This document shows, one piece after another, positions 43,558 to 52,747 of a stretch of DNA of 64,000 nt. The position numbers were made by a program, and so were the translations under genes. Numbering within the stretch: the first letter of the stretch is position 1; the number at the start of each line of letters is the position of its first letter. The notes beneath the pieces are model-generated. The model saw only the letters and a program-made list of their open reading frames with translations. It was not told where the DNA came from and did no database searches. Origin of the DNA: a virus. The stretch spans positions 28,426-92,425 of IMG/VR virus record IMGVR_UViG_3300010397_000041. One strand, given 5' to 3'.

Positions 43558-44072
43558 GGCGTGTCACCTGCTGCGGTGTCGGCGAACAGGCCGTCCTGTC
43601 CGTAGGAGCGGGCCGCCAACGGCTTAGGCGAGGGTCTGGCTGCGGGTCCGGCCGGTTCCGGCGTGGCGAGCTCGGCCCGGCTGGCCGGGTGGATAGCCGG
43701 TGGCATGGCGACGGCCCGCGGCGCTCCCGCCTGCCGGCCGGCCCGCGCGACGGCGGCGACCGGGCAGGGCGCGCACACGTCGGCGACGGGCAGCCGGTCC
43801 AGGCCGGCGATGTTGACGACGCGGCCGTACCAGCCGCCGGCGGTGCAGCGCCAGGCGAGGCGCCGCCCGGCCCGCTGGCGGGCTGGCCACGCAGCTTTCG
43901 ACCGGCCGGTTACTCGCGGATCCCGTAGGTGCGGGATGACACGGCCTGGGCCGCCGTGGCGGCGGGTCGCGGGCAGGATCCGCCCGCAGTCCTCGCACAG
44001 CGTCCAGGTGATCCCGTGGGCGTCGACGCGGACGGGGATGACCCGCGGCGTTGGGAGGTCCTTGTAGGTCAT
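43554..44072 (-). CDS. Hypothetical protein
   Basis: ATGA couplings; CEDC. Confidence 0.45.
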   Translation of the reverse strand: MTYKDLPTPRVIPVRVDAHGITWTLCEDCGRILPATRRHGGPGRVIPHLRDPRVTGRSKAAWPARQRAGRRLAWRCTAGGWYGRVVNIAGLDRLPVADVCAPCPVAAVARAGRQAGAPRAVAMPPAIHPASRAELATPEPAGPAARPSPKPLAARSYGQDGLFADTAAGDTP

Positions 44073-44356
44073 GGGGTACCTGCCCGGAGGATCGCGCGGG
44101 CCCAGGTCAGGGCGACGGGTAGCGGCCGGTAACAGCGGGCACGGAGTGCGTCGTCGCGGTAGGAGGGGATCGGTTCGATTTCCCAGCCGCCGCCGTGGTT
44201 GCGGATGCGGCGGCCGCGGGTGACGGCCCACAGGTCGTCGCGGCGCCAGGCGACGGTGATGGACGCGGTCGGGTCGAGGGAGTTCCGGTCGCCGAGGATG
44301 AATTCGGTGGCGTGTTCGGCGGCGGAGCGGGCGGCGGCGAGGTCGGCGGCGTTCAT
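44069..44356 (-). CDS. Hypothetical protein (WEIEPIPSYRDD motif)
   Basis: Coupled; natural-looking composition. Confidence 0.55.
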   Translation of the reverse strand: MNAADLAAARSAAEHATEFILGDRNSLDPTASITVAWRRDDLWAVTRGRRIRNHGGGWEIEPIPSYRDDALRARCYRPLPVALTWARAILRAGTP

Positions 44357-44670
44357 GAATCGCCTCGCTGTCGCGCGGCGTCGCGCCGGTCGGCGGCCCG
44401 GGCGTAGCACGCGTTGTTGAGGGCCCGGTTGCGGCCGGTGCGGCATTCGTCGTTGGTGTGCCACCAGGTTTTGCCGACGCCGCGGCCTCGCCCGGGGTTG
44501 ACGGGCCTGCCGCAGTGGCCGCACGGCTGGGCGCTGGTGCGCCGCCGACGCTGGCGGTATCCGGCGACGCATGCGGGCCGGTCGCGGTGCCACCAGGTCA
44601 ACCCGGGGACGCGTCCGGGCCCGGCCGCGACGGGTTCCCCGCAGTGACCGCAGGGCTGGGGGGCGTTCAC
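44353..44670 (-). CDS. Protein with two CGHCG...WWH...C Zn-finger repeats
   Basis: Internal duplication; coupled. Confidence 0.55.
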   Translation of the reverse strand: MNAPQPCGHCGEPVAAGPGRVPGLTWWHRDRPACVAGYRQRRRRTSAQPCGHCGRPVNPGRGRGVGKTWWHTNDECRTGRNRALNNACYARAADRRDAARQRGDS

Positions 44671-44996
44671 GGCGTGGGGTCCTCTCCGGTGGCGGCGAGG
44701 ATCGCGGCGGTGCGGGCGGCGGCCCAGCCAGCCCGCCACCAGGCGAGCCGTTCTGGGTGGTCGGCGAGGCCGCCGGGCGCAGGCGGCGCGGCGGCGAGGT
44801 CGACGACGGCGGCCAGGCGGCGGCGCAGCTCGCCCTCGGGTGGCCGTTCTTCGCGGCGGCCGGGCTGCCAGCCGGGGCAGACGCCGTCGTCGGTGCCGCC
44901 GCGGCTCCGCCCGTCGGTGCGGATCTTGTGCTCAGTTTCGAGGCGGCCGCACTCGGGTCGGGCGCAGTGGACGACGACGGGCCAGCGAGCGGTCAC
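44667..44996 (-). CDS. Hypothetical protein
   Basis: GTGA couplings. Confidence 0.5.
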   Translation of the reverse strand: MTARWPVVVHCARPECGRLETEHKIRTDGRSRGGTDDGVCPGWQPGRREERPPEGELRRRLAAVVDLAAAPPAPGGLADHPERLAWWRAGWAAARTAAILAATGEDPTP

Positions 44997-45304
44997 AGCG
45001 GAAGCACCCCCTGGCCGCGGTTCGTCCAGACGACCCCGCCACGGCCGGCGACGCCCGGATGAAGGTCGATGACCTCGACCGCGCCGCAGCGCAGACAGCC
45101 GGAGGCGCTGTAGCGGCCGTGCCGGCCCCAGCTGTGCTCAACCCAGCCCGGCGACCACGCGCCGCCGTCGGTCGCGCCGCAGGCCGGGCATTCCCATGGC
45201 AGGTGGGTGACGTGCGGGTGCCGTTCCCACGGCGTCCAGGTGACTGGCTGGCCGGCGACATCGGCGGGGAGTTCGAGGCCGGCGAGAGTGGCGCTGGTCG
45301 TCAT
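44993..45304 (-). CDS. Zn-ribbon hypothetical protein
   Basis: CPAC...CLRC; coupled. Confidence 0.55.
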   Translation of the reverse strand: MTTSATLAGLELPADVAGQPVTWTPWERHPHVTHLPWECPACGATDGGAWSPGWVEHSWGRHGRYSASGCLRCGAVEVIDLHPGVAGRGGVVWTNRGQGVLPL

Positions 45305-45747
45305 GAGGCCCCCAGTTCGGCGAACAGGTCGGCCTGGCCGGCGAGCTCGGCCGGGCCTTCGGGGAGCGGCTCGGCGGCGGCCGGCCGCGGCGCTGCGGCC
45401 GGTACGCGGGCGGCGTCGAGCGCGGCGGCCCACGCGCCGGACCGGTTGTACTGGATGAAGATCCGAACTGGGGCGCCGGATCTGGGGATGCGGAACTCGG
45501 CGCGGACCTCATAGGCGTCGCCGTCGTGGACGGCCTGGGCGTAGATGAGGTCTTTCGCTGCGGTGATGGTGACGTTGGCGAGCCAGGCGAGGGCGCGGTC
45601 GACGCCGTAGACGACGCCGAGGCGGAGGTTCCAGGTCTCGCCGGCGACGCAGTGCAGGGTCTCGAAGGGGTGGCCGTAGGACGGCAGCCCGGTGAGCCAT
45701 TGGGCGACGGCGGCCATGTCGGCGGCGGACTGCTGCGTGATGTTCAT
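45301..45747 (-). CDS. Hypothetical protein
   Basis: ATGA couplings. Confidence 0.55.
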   Translation of the reverse strand: MNITQQSAADMAAVAQWLTGLPSYGHPFETLHCVAGETWNLRLGVVYGVDRALAWLANVTITAAKDLIYAQAVHDGDAYEVRAEFRIPRSGAPVRIFIQYNRSGAWAAALDAARVPAAAPRPAAAEPLPEGPAELAGQADLFAELGAS

Positions 45748-46052
45748 CGACGCCGCCCGCGGGTCGGGATCGCGGCGGCGAGCCTCGCCATCGTCATCGG
45801 GTCGCGCATGGCGGCAGGGAACGCGGCGGCGAGCGCCTCGGTGCCCGGCAGGATGCCCGTCTCGGCCGCGGGGTCAGTGGCGATCCGGCGGACGGCGCAC
45901 GGGCCGCAGACCCGGGTCGTGTTCTCGGCGCGCTGCCCTTCGACCGACAGCATGATCGGCTGGGTGCAGTCGGCGCAGTGGGCGTTGATCGCTCCTGCGG
46001 GGCGGATGGGGGCGTCGGCGGGTGCGCAGATCAGGATTGGCATGGTCACCAC
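45744..46052 (-). CDS. Zn-finger hypothetical protein
   Basis: CADC...CGPC. Confidence 0.55.
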   Translation of the reverse strand: MVTMPILICAPADAPIRPAGAINAHCADCTQPIMLSVEGQRAENTTRVCGPCAVRRIATDPAAETGILPGTEALAAAFPAAMRDPMTMARLAAAIPTRGRRR

Positions 46053-46288
46053 CCGGCCCAGGTGGCGAGGGCATTCGCGGCGCGGGCCGACAGCTCGGGT
46101 GATCGGTGGACGGCCCGGTACGGCTCAGTCGGCGTGACACCAGCCTCTGCGGAGACGTCCAGGTAGTTGATGTTCCGGCGCAGCGCGACGGTCACGACCC
46201 GGCCGCCGAGGTCTTCGAGTGCACGCATCGCGCGGACCCGGCGCCAGGCCGCCCGGCGGCGTGCCCAGTAGGCGGCAGCTTCGCTCAC
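46046..46288 (-). CDS. HTH-like protein (paralog family)
   Basis: DVSAEAGV...AANALATWAGW. Confidence 0.55.
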   Translation of the reverse strand: MSEAAAYWARRRAAWRRVRAMRALEDLGGRVVTVALRRNINYLDVSAEAGVTPTEPYRAVHRSPELSARAANALATWAGW

Positions 46289-46617
46289 CATCGGGCCCAC
46301 CTCGCGAGCGCGTTCGCCGTCCGGGCGCGGGCGTTCCACGGCTGCTGGAGCACGGCCGACACGTCGGCCATCCGCACGCCGGCGACCGACGCGATGTCGC
46401 GCATCGACTCGCCGGGCCGCCGCAGGACGGCGACCGCGCCGGCGAGTCCCTCGAGGAACGGGCAGGCCTCGGCGGCGAACCGTTCGGCGGCGGCCCGGGC
46501 GACGGTCCGGATCGCTTCCTCGGCGGCGTGGCTTAGCGGGCCTGTGCCGTGGACGATGACGGTGATGCCGTCATCGGCGTTGACTACGCGGCAGACTTGC
46601 CGCTCCCGGCCGGTCAT
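46285..46617 (-). CDS. HTH-like protein (paralog family)
   Basis: MRDIASVAGVRMADVSAVL...TANALARWARW. Confidence 0.6.
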   Translation of the reverse strand: MTGRERQVCRVVNADDGITVIVHGTGPLSHAAEEAIRTVARAAAERFAAEACPFLEGLAGAVAVLRRPGESMRDIASVAGVRMADVSAVLQQPWNARARTANALARWARW

Positions 46618-46973
46618 GCCTGGGCCCCCGCGCTCGGTGGCTCGTCGCTCCAGCCGGCCCAGCTGGCGAGCTTCGCCGCAGCCTGGGGGTCCAACCGGGG
46701 CGACTGGAGCCGGAGCCGTGTGATGTCACGCCGGTTGACGCCTGCGGCGTCGGCGACGGCGACGGGGCTGAGCCCGCGGTCGATCCCGGCGACGGTGACA
46801 GCGTTCGCGAGGCCGAGAAGGTGGGGATCGATGGGCTGAATGCCTGCGATGAGGGTGACGACCCTTGCACGCTGGTGAAGGGCGTCGGCGGCTTGGCCGG
46901 CGGCTTCGGCGCGGACGGTGAGGCCGCCGCCGAGATCGACCCGCTCGCCGACTTCCCGCTCCGGCCCGGTCAC
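46614..46973 (-). CDS. HTH-like protein (paralog family)
   Basis: AVADAAGVNRRDITRL...AAAKLASWAGW. Confidence 0.6.
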   Translation of the reverse strand: MTGPEREVGERVDLGGGLTVRAEAAGQAADALHQRARVVTLIAGIQPIDPHLLGLANAVTVAGIDRGLSPVAVADAAGVNRRDITRLRLQSPRLDPQAAAKLASWAGWSDEPPSAGAQA

Positions 46974-47485
46974 CGGGCACGCTCCGACGTCTCGCCGCGG
47001 TCCGAGCCGCCCGGGTCACGGAACGGCCGGACGGGCGCCGGGCCGCCTTCGACGATGTGGTCCCACCAGCCGGCGCACACCATGTAGCCGAGTGGGAGGC
47101 CGCCGGCCCAGGCCGCTGGCGCGTAGCCGACCTCGCCGGCCTCGTTCTCCAGCCGGTGCATGCCGTGGTGGCAGAAGAACGGCGTGCCGGCGTCGTCTGG
47201 CCGGCCGCTGTCCGGGACGTCTTCGGGTGAGCCGAGCCGGTAGGCGCAGTCGACGCATGAGGCCTTCATGACCGCGGGCGGCCGAGGGAGCTTGACCGGG
47301 CGATCCGGATGGCCCGGGCCTGGATCGTGGACGTCGTCGACGAGCTGTGTGCCGGCGCAGCGGTAGCAGCGGCCGCCGTCGCCCGGGTCGCGGCCGGTGC
47401 CGTCGCAGCCGGGGCACACGTAGCGGTTGATCGTCGCGCGGGCGGTGCTGCGGGCCTGGCCGTCGCCGCAGATGTGCACGCTCAT
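46970..47485 (-). CDS. Cys-rich protein with DnaJ-type CxxCxGxG and FFCH...CAGW motifs
   Basis: Motifs in translation; coupled. Confidence 0.6.
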   Translation of the reverse strand: MSVHICGDGQARSTARATINRYVCPGCDGTGRDPGDGGRCYRCAGTQLVDDVHDPGPGHPDRPVKLPRPPAVMKASCVDCAYRLGSPEDVPDSGRPDDAGTPFFCHHGMHRLENEAGEVGYAPAAWAGGLPLGYMVCAGWWDHIVEGGPAPVRPFRDPGGSDRGETSERAR

Positions 47486-47820
47486 CGCAGCCGCCGGTGC
47501 TCGTCAGCGTTCGGGCAGGTCGTGAAGTGCGAGACCCACCGCGTGCCAGCTCGCTCCCGGTCCGCCGGGATCACCCGGGCGACGACGATGCCGCCGGTCC
47601 GGGTGCAGGCGACGTTGCCGGTGGGCGTCGGGTCGCGGTCGATCGGTATCCACTCCCCCTTCGGCCAGGTCAGCGCCCAGCGGATCGATGCGCGGCAGGA
47701 CTGGCACGTCGGCCGCTTCTGGCCGTACTCGGCCCGCCAGCGGGTCGTGAGCGCGTCCAGGAGGGCCGCGTCGAGCTGCGCAGCGACCTGCGGGATGTCG
47801 ACGAACAGGTCGGCGCTCAC
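47482..47820 (-). CDS. Phage Zn-finger protein (CQSC.ASIRWA...SHFTTCP)
   Basis: Motif recalled from phage proteins; GTGA coupling. Confidence 0.7.
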   Translation of the reverse strand: MSADLFVDIPQVAAQLDAALLDALTTRWRAEYGQKRPTCQSCRASIRWALTWPKGEWIPIDRDPTPTGNVACTRTGGIVVARVIPADRERAGTRWVSHFTTCPNADEHRRLR

Positions 47821-48191
47821 CAGCGCTTCTCCAACGCGAAGTCCCGGTGGAAGCCGGAGTGGCCGGCCGCGAGACCGCAGGTCGCGCGGGTCCACGTCGG
47901 CGGCGGCCCGGCTGCGACAAGCGGCGCGACGTCGGCCTTCATCGCGCAGCGCCAGTGCTGCTCGCCGAGGAGCCAGCCGGGCGACACGGCGAGCGCCTCG
48001 GCCAGCTTGATCAGGTTGGGGATGGTGATTGCCCGGTGGCCGTGTTCCCAGAGGCTGATCGTGTGGCGGCTGACGCTGACGGCGTCCGCGAGCTCCGCCT
48101 GCGTGCGGCCCTGCTGGCCGCGTTCGGTGGCGATGCGGGCGCCGATCGTCTTGAGGAGTTCGTCGCGCGGGTCTGGGCTTGGCGCGGTCAT
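47817..48191 (-). CDS. XRE-family HTH protein
   Basis: RTQAELADAVSVSRHTISLWEHG...LAEALAVSPGWLL. Confidence 0.88.
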   Translation of the reverse strand: MTAPSPDPRDELLKTIGARIATERGQQGRTQAELADAVSVSRHTISLWEHGHRAITIPNLIKLAEALAVSPGWLLGEQHWRCAMKADVAPLVAAGPPPTWTRATCGLAAGHSGFHRDFALEKRW

Positions 48192-48709
48192 GTCAGTCCT
48201 GCCAGCCGGTAGGCGACCAGCGACCCTGCCACCGCGACGTTCAGCGAACTGCCGACCCCGGCCATCGGGATCTCGACCAGCTCGTCGAACAGGTGGAACG
48301 CCGACGCGGGGATGCCGTGGCCCTCGTTCCCGAGGACGATCACTGTCGGCCCGGTCGCCGGTGCCAGCTCGCCGAGCGGGACCGCGCCGTACGCGAGCTC
48401 GACGCCGACGACCCGGGAGCCCGCCGCCCGGGCGCCGGCGATCCAGGCGAGCACGGACGGCTGCAGGTCCGCCAGGTCGAGCGCGAACTTCCCCCGGTCA
48501 CCTTTTCGCAGGGCCTGGATCGCGGTCGAAGTGGACGGGACGACGAGCCGGGCGTGGAGCGCGTCGCACGTCCGGGCGAGCGTGCCGAGATTCAGCCCGT
48601 TCTTCACCCACGGCATCGCGATTGTCAGGAGGCCGTCGACGGCGACCTGGCGGAGCCGCTCGCCGCGCAGCTCCTCGCGGCTTTTCGGCCGGATCTCGAT
48701 GGTTGTCAT
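48188..48709 (-). CDS. TrmH/SpoU-family (SPOUT) RNA 2'-O-methyltransferase
   Basis: NLGTLARTCDAL, VLGNEGHGI, VEIPMAGVGSSLNVAVAG. Confidence 0.9.
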   Translation of the reverse strand: MTTIEIRPKSREELRGERLRQVAVDGLLTIAMPWVKNGLNLGTLARTCDALHARLVVPSTSTAIQALRKGDRGKFALDLADLQPSVLAWIAGARAAGSRVVGVELAYGAVPLGELAPATGPTVIVLGNEGHGIPASAFHLFDELVEIPMAGVGSSLNVAVAGSLVAYRLAGLT

Positions 48710-49023
48710 CGGCCGGCTCCGTCCAGCGTGGCCGGGTCGAGGAGCCGCGGACCGGCGTCCTGCTGGAGGCCGGCCGGCGCCGGCCGCGGCGGGAGCGCCC
48801 TACGTGCGGCGTCAGCGCCGCGGACGGCCGCGTCCCGCTGCTGCTGCCGCAGGGCGGCCTGGGCCTGCTCGTGGCGCTTCTGGCGGGCAGCGAGACGCCG
48901 GGCGCGGGTCTCCGACGGCGGGACAGTCGTGATCTCGCCGGTCGACTCGTTGACGTAGGTGTTCGAGCCGTCGGGGATCTCGCGGCCGAACACGTGGCCG
49001 GGGAGCGGCGGCGGGGTGCTCAC
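48706..49023 (-). CDS. Hypothetical protein
   Basis: GGAGG RBS; coupled on both sides. Confidence 0.55.
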   Translation of the reverse strand: MSTPPPLPGHVFGREIPDGSNTYVNESTGEITTVPPSETRARRLAARQKRHEQAQAALRQQQRDAAVRGADAARRALPPRPAPAGLQQDAGPRLLDPATLDGAGR

Positions 49024-50180
49024 GCGGACCTCCTGCACGGCTCTGTGCGCGCGCTCTGGCCGATGACTGGTCGCGGGCCGGCTGGGTGCTGGTCCGTGTG
49101 CCTGTCGTCGGTTTCGAGGCGTCTGAGGGCTTCGGTGAGGGCTGGGGCGTCGTCTCCGTGCCGGGTGGCTGTGTCGGGGCAGTGGCAGGCGCCGTGAAGC
49201 GCGCAGTGGCCGCTACAGCCGCGGAGTCCTCGGAGGTGGGGGGTTTGTCCGGTACGCGGGGGGTGCGGGGGGCGCGCGTTTGCGCCCCCCGCGGTGGGCT
49301 GGGTGGTGGGCATCGGGACCTCGTGCGCGCCTGCTCGCGCGCTGGTGAGTGGTCGCTGGGGGTGGCTGGTCTGGGTGGGTGGCTGGTCCAGCCCAAGCGG
49401 GTCCGTTGGTTCGGTCGGGTGCCGCTTCGGGGGGCCGAGACGCCGGCCCCCCGCACCCCCGGCGTCTCGGGACGTTGGCTCGCTCTGCGTGGTGGGTTGC
49501 GGGGCGTGCCGGGTCGCGCTGTCGGCCGGCGGGTCCGCTGGGGTGGCGTCGGTGGTTGCGTGGCGTCGGGGTCGGAGGGGGATCACCTTCGCGAGGCCGG
49601 GCTCAGCTTGGGTGGGTGGCTGCGCCGCGCGGGGCGCGTCGCCGCGGCTGGCGTCGTGGCCATGTCGCCGGTCGCGGTCCGGGTCTACTGCTCCGACCTC
49701 GCTGCGCGAGGACTGGTTTTTATAGCGGGCCACAGGGTGGCTCACAACTTCGGCGAGTTGGGTACGAGTGGCTGGCTCACAACTTCCGGGAGTTGTGAGC
49801 CGTTCGTGGCTCACAACTCGGGGAGTTGTGAGCCGAACTTGGCTCACAACTTCACCGGGTGGGACCTTCGTCGTCCATCCTCGGAACGCCTCCCAGCGGC
49901 CGAGGCGGCCATTCCCGCCTTCCCTCGTGTTCTTCATCCAGCCGTGTTCGGCGAGCCAGGTGAGGTGGCGGCTGAGGCTCCGCTCGGGCATGCCGAGCGC
50001 TGCGGCGAGGTATGGCCGGCTTCTTTCCAGCGTGCCGTCAGGCTTCATGAAGGCGACGACCTCGAGTGCTGTCGCTTTGTAGGTGCGGGTCGCGGTCGGC
50101 CAGGTCGCGGCCTTGATGGCCCGCTGCCATCCGGCCCTGTCGACGCGCGTCTGGTCGTCACTCACCGTTGACGTGCTCAC
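49020..50180 (-). CDS. Phage replication initiator-like wHTH protein
   Basis: YLAAALGMPERSLSRHLTWLAEHGWM winged HTH followed by an iteron-containing linker. Confidence 0.7.
   Translation of the reverse strand: MSTSTVSDDQTRVDRAGWQRAIKAATWPTATRTYKATALEVVAFMKPDGTLERSRPYLAAALGMPERSLSRHLTWLAEHGWMKNTREGGNGRLGRWEAFRGWTTKVPPGEVVSQVRLTTPRVVSHERLTTPGSCEPATRTQLAEVVSHPVARYKNQSSRSEVGAVDPDRDRRHGHDASRGDAPRAAQPPTQAEPGLAKVIPLRPRRHATTDATPADPPADSATRHAPQPTTQSEPTSRDAGGAGGRRLGPPKRHPTEPTDPLGLDQPPTQTSHPQRPLTSARAGAHEVPMPTTQPTAGGANARPPHPPRTGQTPHLRGLRGCSGHCALHGACHCPDTATRHGDDAPALTEALRRLETDDRHTDQHPAGPRPVIGQSARTEPCRRSA
49715..49851. repeat. Iteron cluster, putative replication origin
   Basis: GGCTCACAACT at 49739, 49774, 49808, 49841; reverse complement at 49791, 49824; adjacent TTTTTATA. 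Confidence 0.75.
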
Positions 50181-50451
50181 GGCGGGTGGAGCTGTGTTCG
50201 GCGCCCGCGGCCTTGGCGGATTCCTCTGCGAGGAGTCGGAGGTACTGCTCGCGGTGGGCGCGGGCGAGCCGGGCCAGGGCGCGCCACTGGGCGGTGCGGC
50301 GTTCGGCGCGGGTCAGGCGGAGGTTGTCGGCGGCGGCGCGAGGCATCGACAGCGGCGGCCGGCGGGCGGTGGCCCGGTCGGCAAGTTCACGGTCGAGCTG
50401 GTCGCGGCGTTCGGCTGGCGTGCGGCCCGGGGTGTTGGGGTCAGGTTTCAT
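50158..50451 (-). CDS. Hypothetical basic protein
   Basis: RALARLARAHREQYLRLLAEE, similar to 52194-52424. Confidence 0.55.
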   Translation of the reverse strand: MKPDPNTPGRTPAERRDQLDRELADRATARRPPLSMPRAAADNLRLTRAERRTAQWRALARLARAHREQYLRLLAEESAKAAGAEHSSTRREHVNGE

Positions 50452-50458
50452 CGGACGC

Positions 50459-50983
50459 CTACCGGCTCTTCGCGTCGACGCGCCGGGCGGCGACCTGCTC
50501 GCGGGTCCAGCCGGTAACGGCGGCGAGATCGGCGTGGGAGGCCTGTTCCAAGGCCCAGCGCCAGAGCACCGCGGCGAGGCTCGCGGGTAGATGTCCTGGC
50601 TCGGGGTCGGCGATCAGCTCGGGCCGCGCGGCGCGTAGCTCCCGTTCGACGTCGCGAATGTGCCGGGCGTTGATGCTGGCGAGGGCGCGGTCGAGCTGCC
50701 GGATCGCGAGATCGCCGGGGCGGCCGCCGCCAGCGGCGAGCGGCTCGCCGGTGCGCCAGTGGGTGATCGCCCAGTGGGCGTCGAGCCTGCTACCGCCGAG
50801 GCCGCCGTCGATGACCTGCAGGTCGGTGGTCTGTTCGATCTCGCGGACCCGCGCGGCGAGGGCCGCATGCCAGGCGTCACGCCGGTCGAGGACGGTCCGG
50901 ACGTAGCCGGCGATGGCGTCACCGAGGGTGGTTGCTGGCGGGTTGCCGGTCCCGACTGAAGAATCGCATGCCAAAATGAGCAC
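50459..50983 (-). CDS. Hypothetical protein with C-terminal HTH-like segment
   Basis: GAAGGGA RBS; SHADLAAVTGWTREQV. Confidence 0.55.
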   Translation of the reverse strand: MLILACDSSVGTGNPPATTLGDAIAGYVRTVLDRRDAWHAALAARVREIEQTTDLQVIDGGLGGSRLDAHWAITHWRTGEPLAAGGGRPGDLAIRQLDRALASINARHIRDVERELRAARPELIADPEPGHLPASLAAVLWRWALEQASHADLAAVTGWTREQVAARRVDAKSR

Positions 50984-51301
50984 TGCGTCATTCCCTTCTG
51001 TTACTGCAGTAGGGGTGGTGCGTGCGCCGGACCGGTGCCCGCCGGAAAGGCGCCTCGTCCGAGCGGCGAGGTCGGACCGAGATGCTGAACCCATCTCGGT
51101 CCGGCGCCGCTGGACGTCTCCCAGCCTAGGGCCTTCGGTTGGATATGTCCTGGCCAGGAGGCGTGTCGTTCCGTCCACAGACGGTTCCTCATTTCTCAAC
51201 GTCGGCACGATTCCAAGCCACCGGTGGTGGCGGACTGGAAACGCGGGCAGGCTGGAATGGCCGCTTGTCGGCGGCCCTCCAGCGAGAAATGTGATAGCCG
51301 T

Positions 51302-51781
51302 CTACTGGCCGTTTCTCACCGCCGTCTCCAACGCAGCCTCGGGAATCAACGGGCAAACATGGGGCAGCCATATGACGGCGCCTGATGTCGGCTGGGCGGC
51401 GATCGCGACGACGAGCCGGCCGCTGGCCTCGTCATCGACGGCCAGGCCCCATTCGCCGGTCAGCGTCAGGAGGCCCTTCGCGAGCGCCGCCCCCGCCTGG
51501 CCGCGCCACGATTGGAGTTCACCGCAGAACCCGCAGCGGGCCACGCCGCGCAGCGGGTCGAACGCGAACCGGTCGGCGCCCGGCAGGCCATCGAGCGTGC
51601 TCGCCGCCTGAGTTGGCGCGGGCGGCGGCGGCCCGTCGACGAGCTGTCGGGGTGTCACCTCGCGGGCCGAGCCGGCGCACGTCGCCACCGTCCCGCGGCC
51701 CTGGTGGGAGACCATCCGGCCGGTCGCGGTTACCGCGTAAATGTCGCCGCAGACCCTGCAGCAGGCACGTTGCAACGTCAT
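51302..51781 (-). CDS. Zn-finger hypothetical protein
   Basis: CRVC...H...C.GS; CGFC. Confidence 0.55.
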   Translation of the reverse strand: MTLQRACCRVCGDIYAVTATGRMVSHQGRGTVATCAGSAREVTPRQLVDGPPPPAPTQAASTLDGLPGADRFAFDPLRGVARCGFCGELQSWRGQAGAALAKGLLTLTGEWGLAVDDEASGRLVVAIAAQPTSGAVIWLPHVCPLIPEAALETAVRNGQ

Positions 51782-52032
51782 CACCCGCCAGCCTCGGTGG
51801 GCGTGTCGGCCAGCTCGCGGAGCCATTCGTCGATGAGCGTGAGGAGGTCCACGCCGAGCGCGTCGGCCAGCGCGGGGAGGCGCGGCAGCGTGGGGGCGAG
51901 CGCGCCGGCCTCCCATCTGCGGTACGTCATGAAGTGGATTCCGGCGGCATCCGCGATCTCCGCTTGCGTGCGGCCGCCCCGGTGGAGTCGGATCACCCGG
52001 CCGAACGTGGTCAGCGCGACGTCGCGGTCCAT
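51781..52032 (-). CDS. XRE-family HTH protein (frame open upstream to ATG 52194)
   Basis: RTQAEIADAAGIHFMTYRRWEAG...LADALGV. Confidence 0.82.
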   Translation of the reverse strand: MDRDVALTTFGRVIRLHRGGRTQAEIADAAGIHFMTYRRWEAGALAPTLPRLPALADALGVDLLTLIDEWLRELADTPTEAGG

Positions 52033-52193
52033 CAGGCACCGTCCGGGTTCTCGGTCTGCCCGTCGGGCTCGGCCGGCCGCTCGGTCAGCTCTCGTCGCGA
52101 GGCCCGAGTGGTTGTGGCCCGCCGGCCCGGGTGCGATGCCCGTCGACAGAACCGGGCCGGCGGGGGTCTTCGGTGTGAACAGGTCGTGGTCCA

Positions 52194-52424
52194 TCACCGG
52201 GTCCGCGCCATTCGGGAGCGTGCGGCCCGTTCCTCGGCGAACAGGACAGCGAACCGGCCCTCGTGCTCGGCGGCTAGACGGCGGTAGGCAGCCTGCCGGG
52301 CGGCGTTGTAGACCCGGTTCCCGTCGCCGCAGGAGCCGGCCCTGTAGGCCGCCTGGGCGGCGTTGCAGCCGTCGCAGCCAGCGGTGTAACGGCGATGGTC
52401 GGCACAGCGGTGCATGGTCGACAC
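52194..52424 (-). CDS. Small Cys/His hypothetical protein
   Basis: GGAGG RBS; C..H....GCDGC. Confidence 0.5.
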   Translation of the reverse strand: MSTMHRCADHRRYTAGCDGCNAAQAAYRAGSCGDGNRVYNAARQAAYRRLAAEHEGRFAVLFAEERAARSRMARTR

Positions 52425-52549
52425 CGGCCTGGCACCTCCCTTCTGTCTGGTACGCCCCACCCCGGGCCGCTGTGAACTTCCAGCCCGAGGCGGGGCGGTT
52501 CTTTCGGGCCCGGCCGCCGCGGGGGACGGCGGCCGGGCGGATCGGGGGG

Positions 52550-52747
52550 TCAGAACGGCGGCAAGCTGCGGACCCAGACGTCGAGCGCGCCGAGTGCCGC
52601 TGGGGCCACACCGGGCCGGCCGGCGAGGACCCGTTCGACGTCGGAGCGGAGGACACCGGCCGCACGGGCGACCGCGCCTATGGGCAGGTCTCCAGCGACG
52701 GCCACGAGCCGATCCGCCAGGCCGGCCCCAGGCCCGGGCGGCGTCAC
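52550..52747 (-). CDS. Small HTH-like protein (tandem paralog)
   Basis: IGAVARAAGVLRSDVERVLAG...ALDVW. Confidence 0.6.
   Translation of the reverse strand: MTPPGPGAGLADRLVAVAGDLPIGAVARAAGVLRSDVERVLAGRPGVAPAALGALDVWVRSLPPF

Noticed and set aside
48940-48975. YVNESTG as another capsid mimic (capsid has IVNETTG)
   Set aside because: Too short and a common beta-hairpin motif
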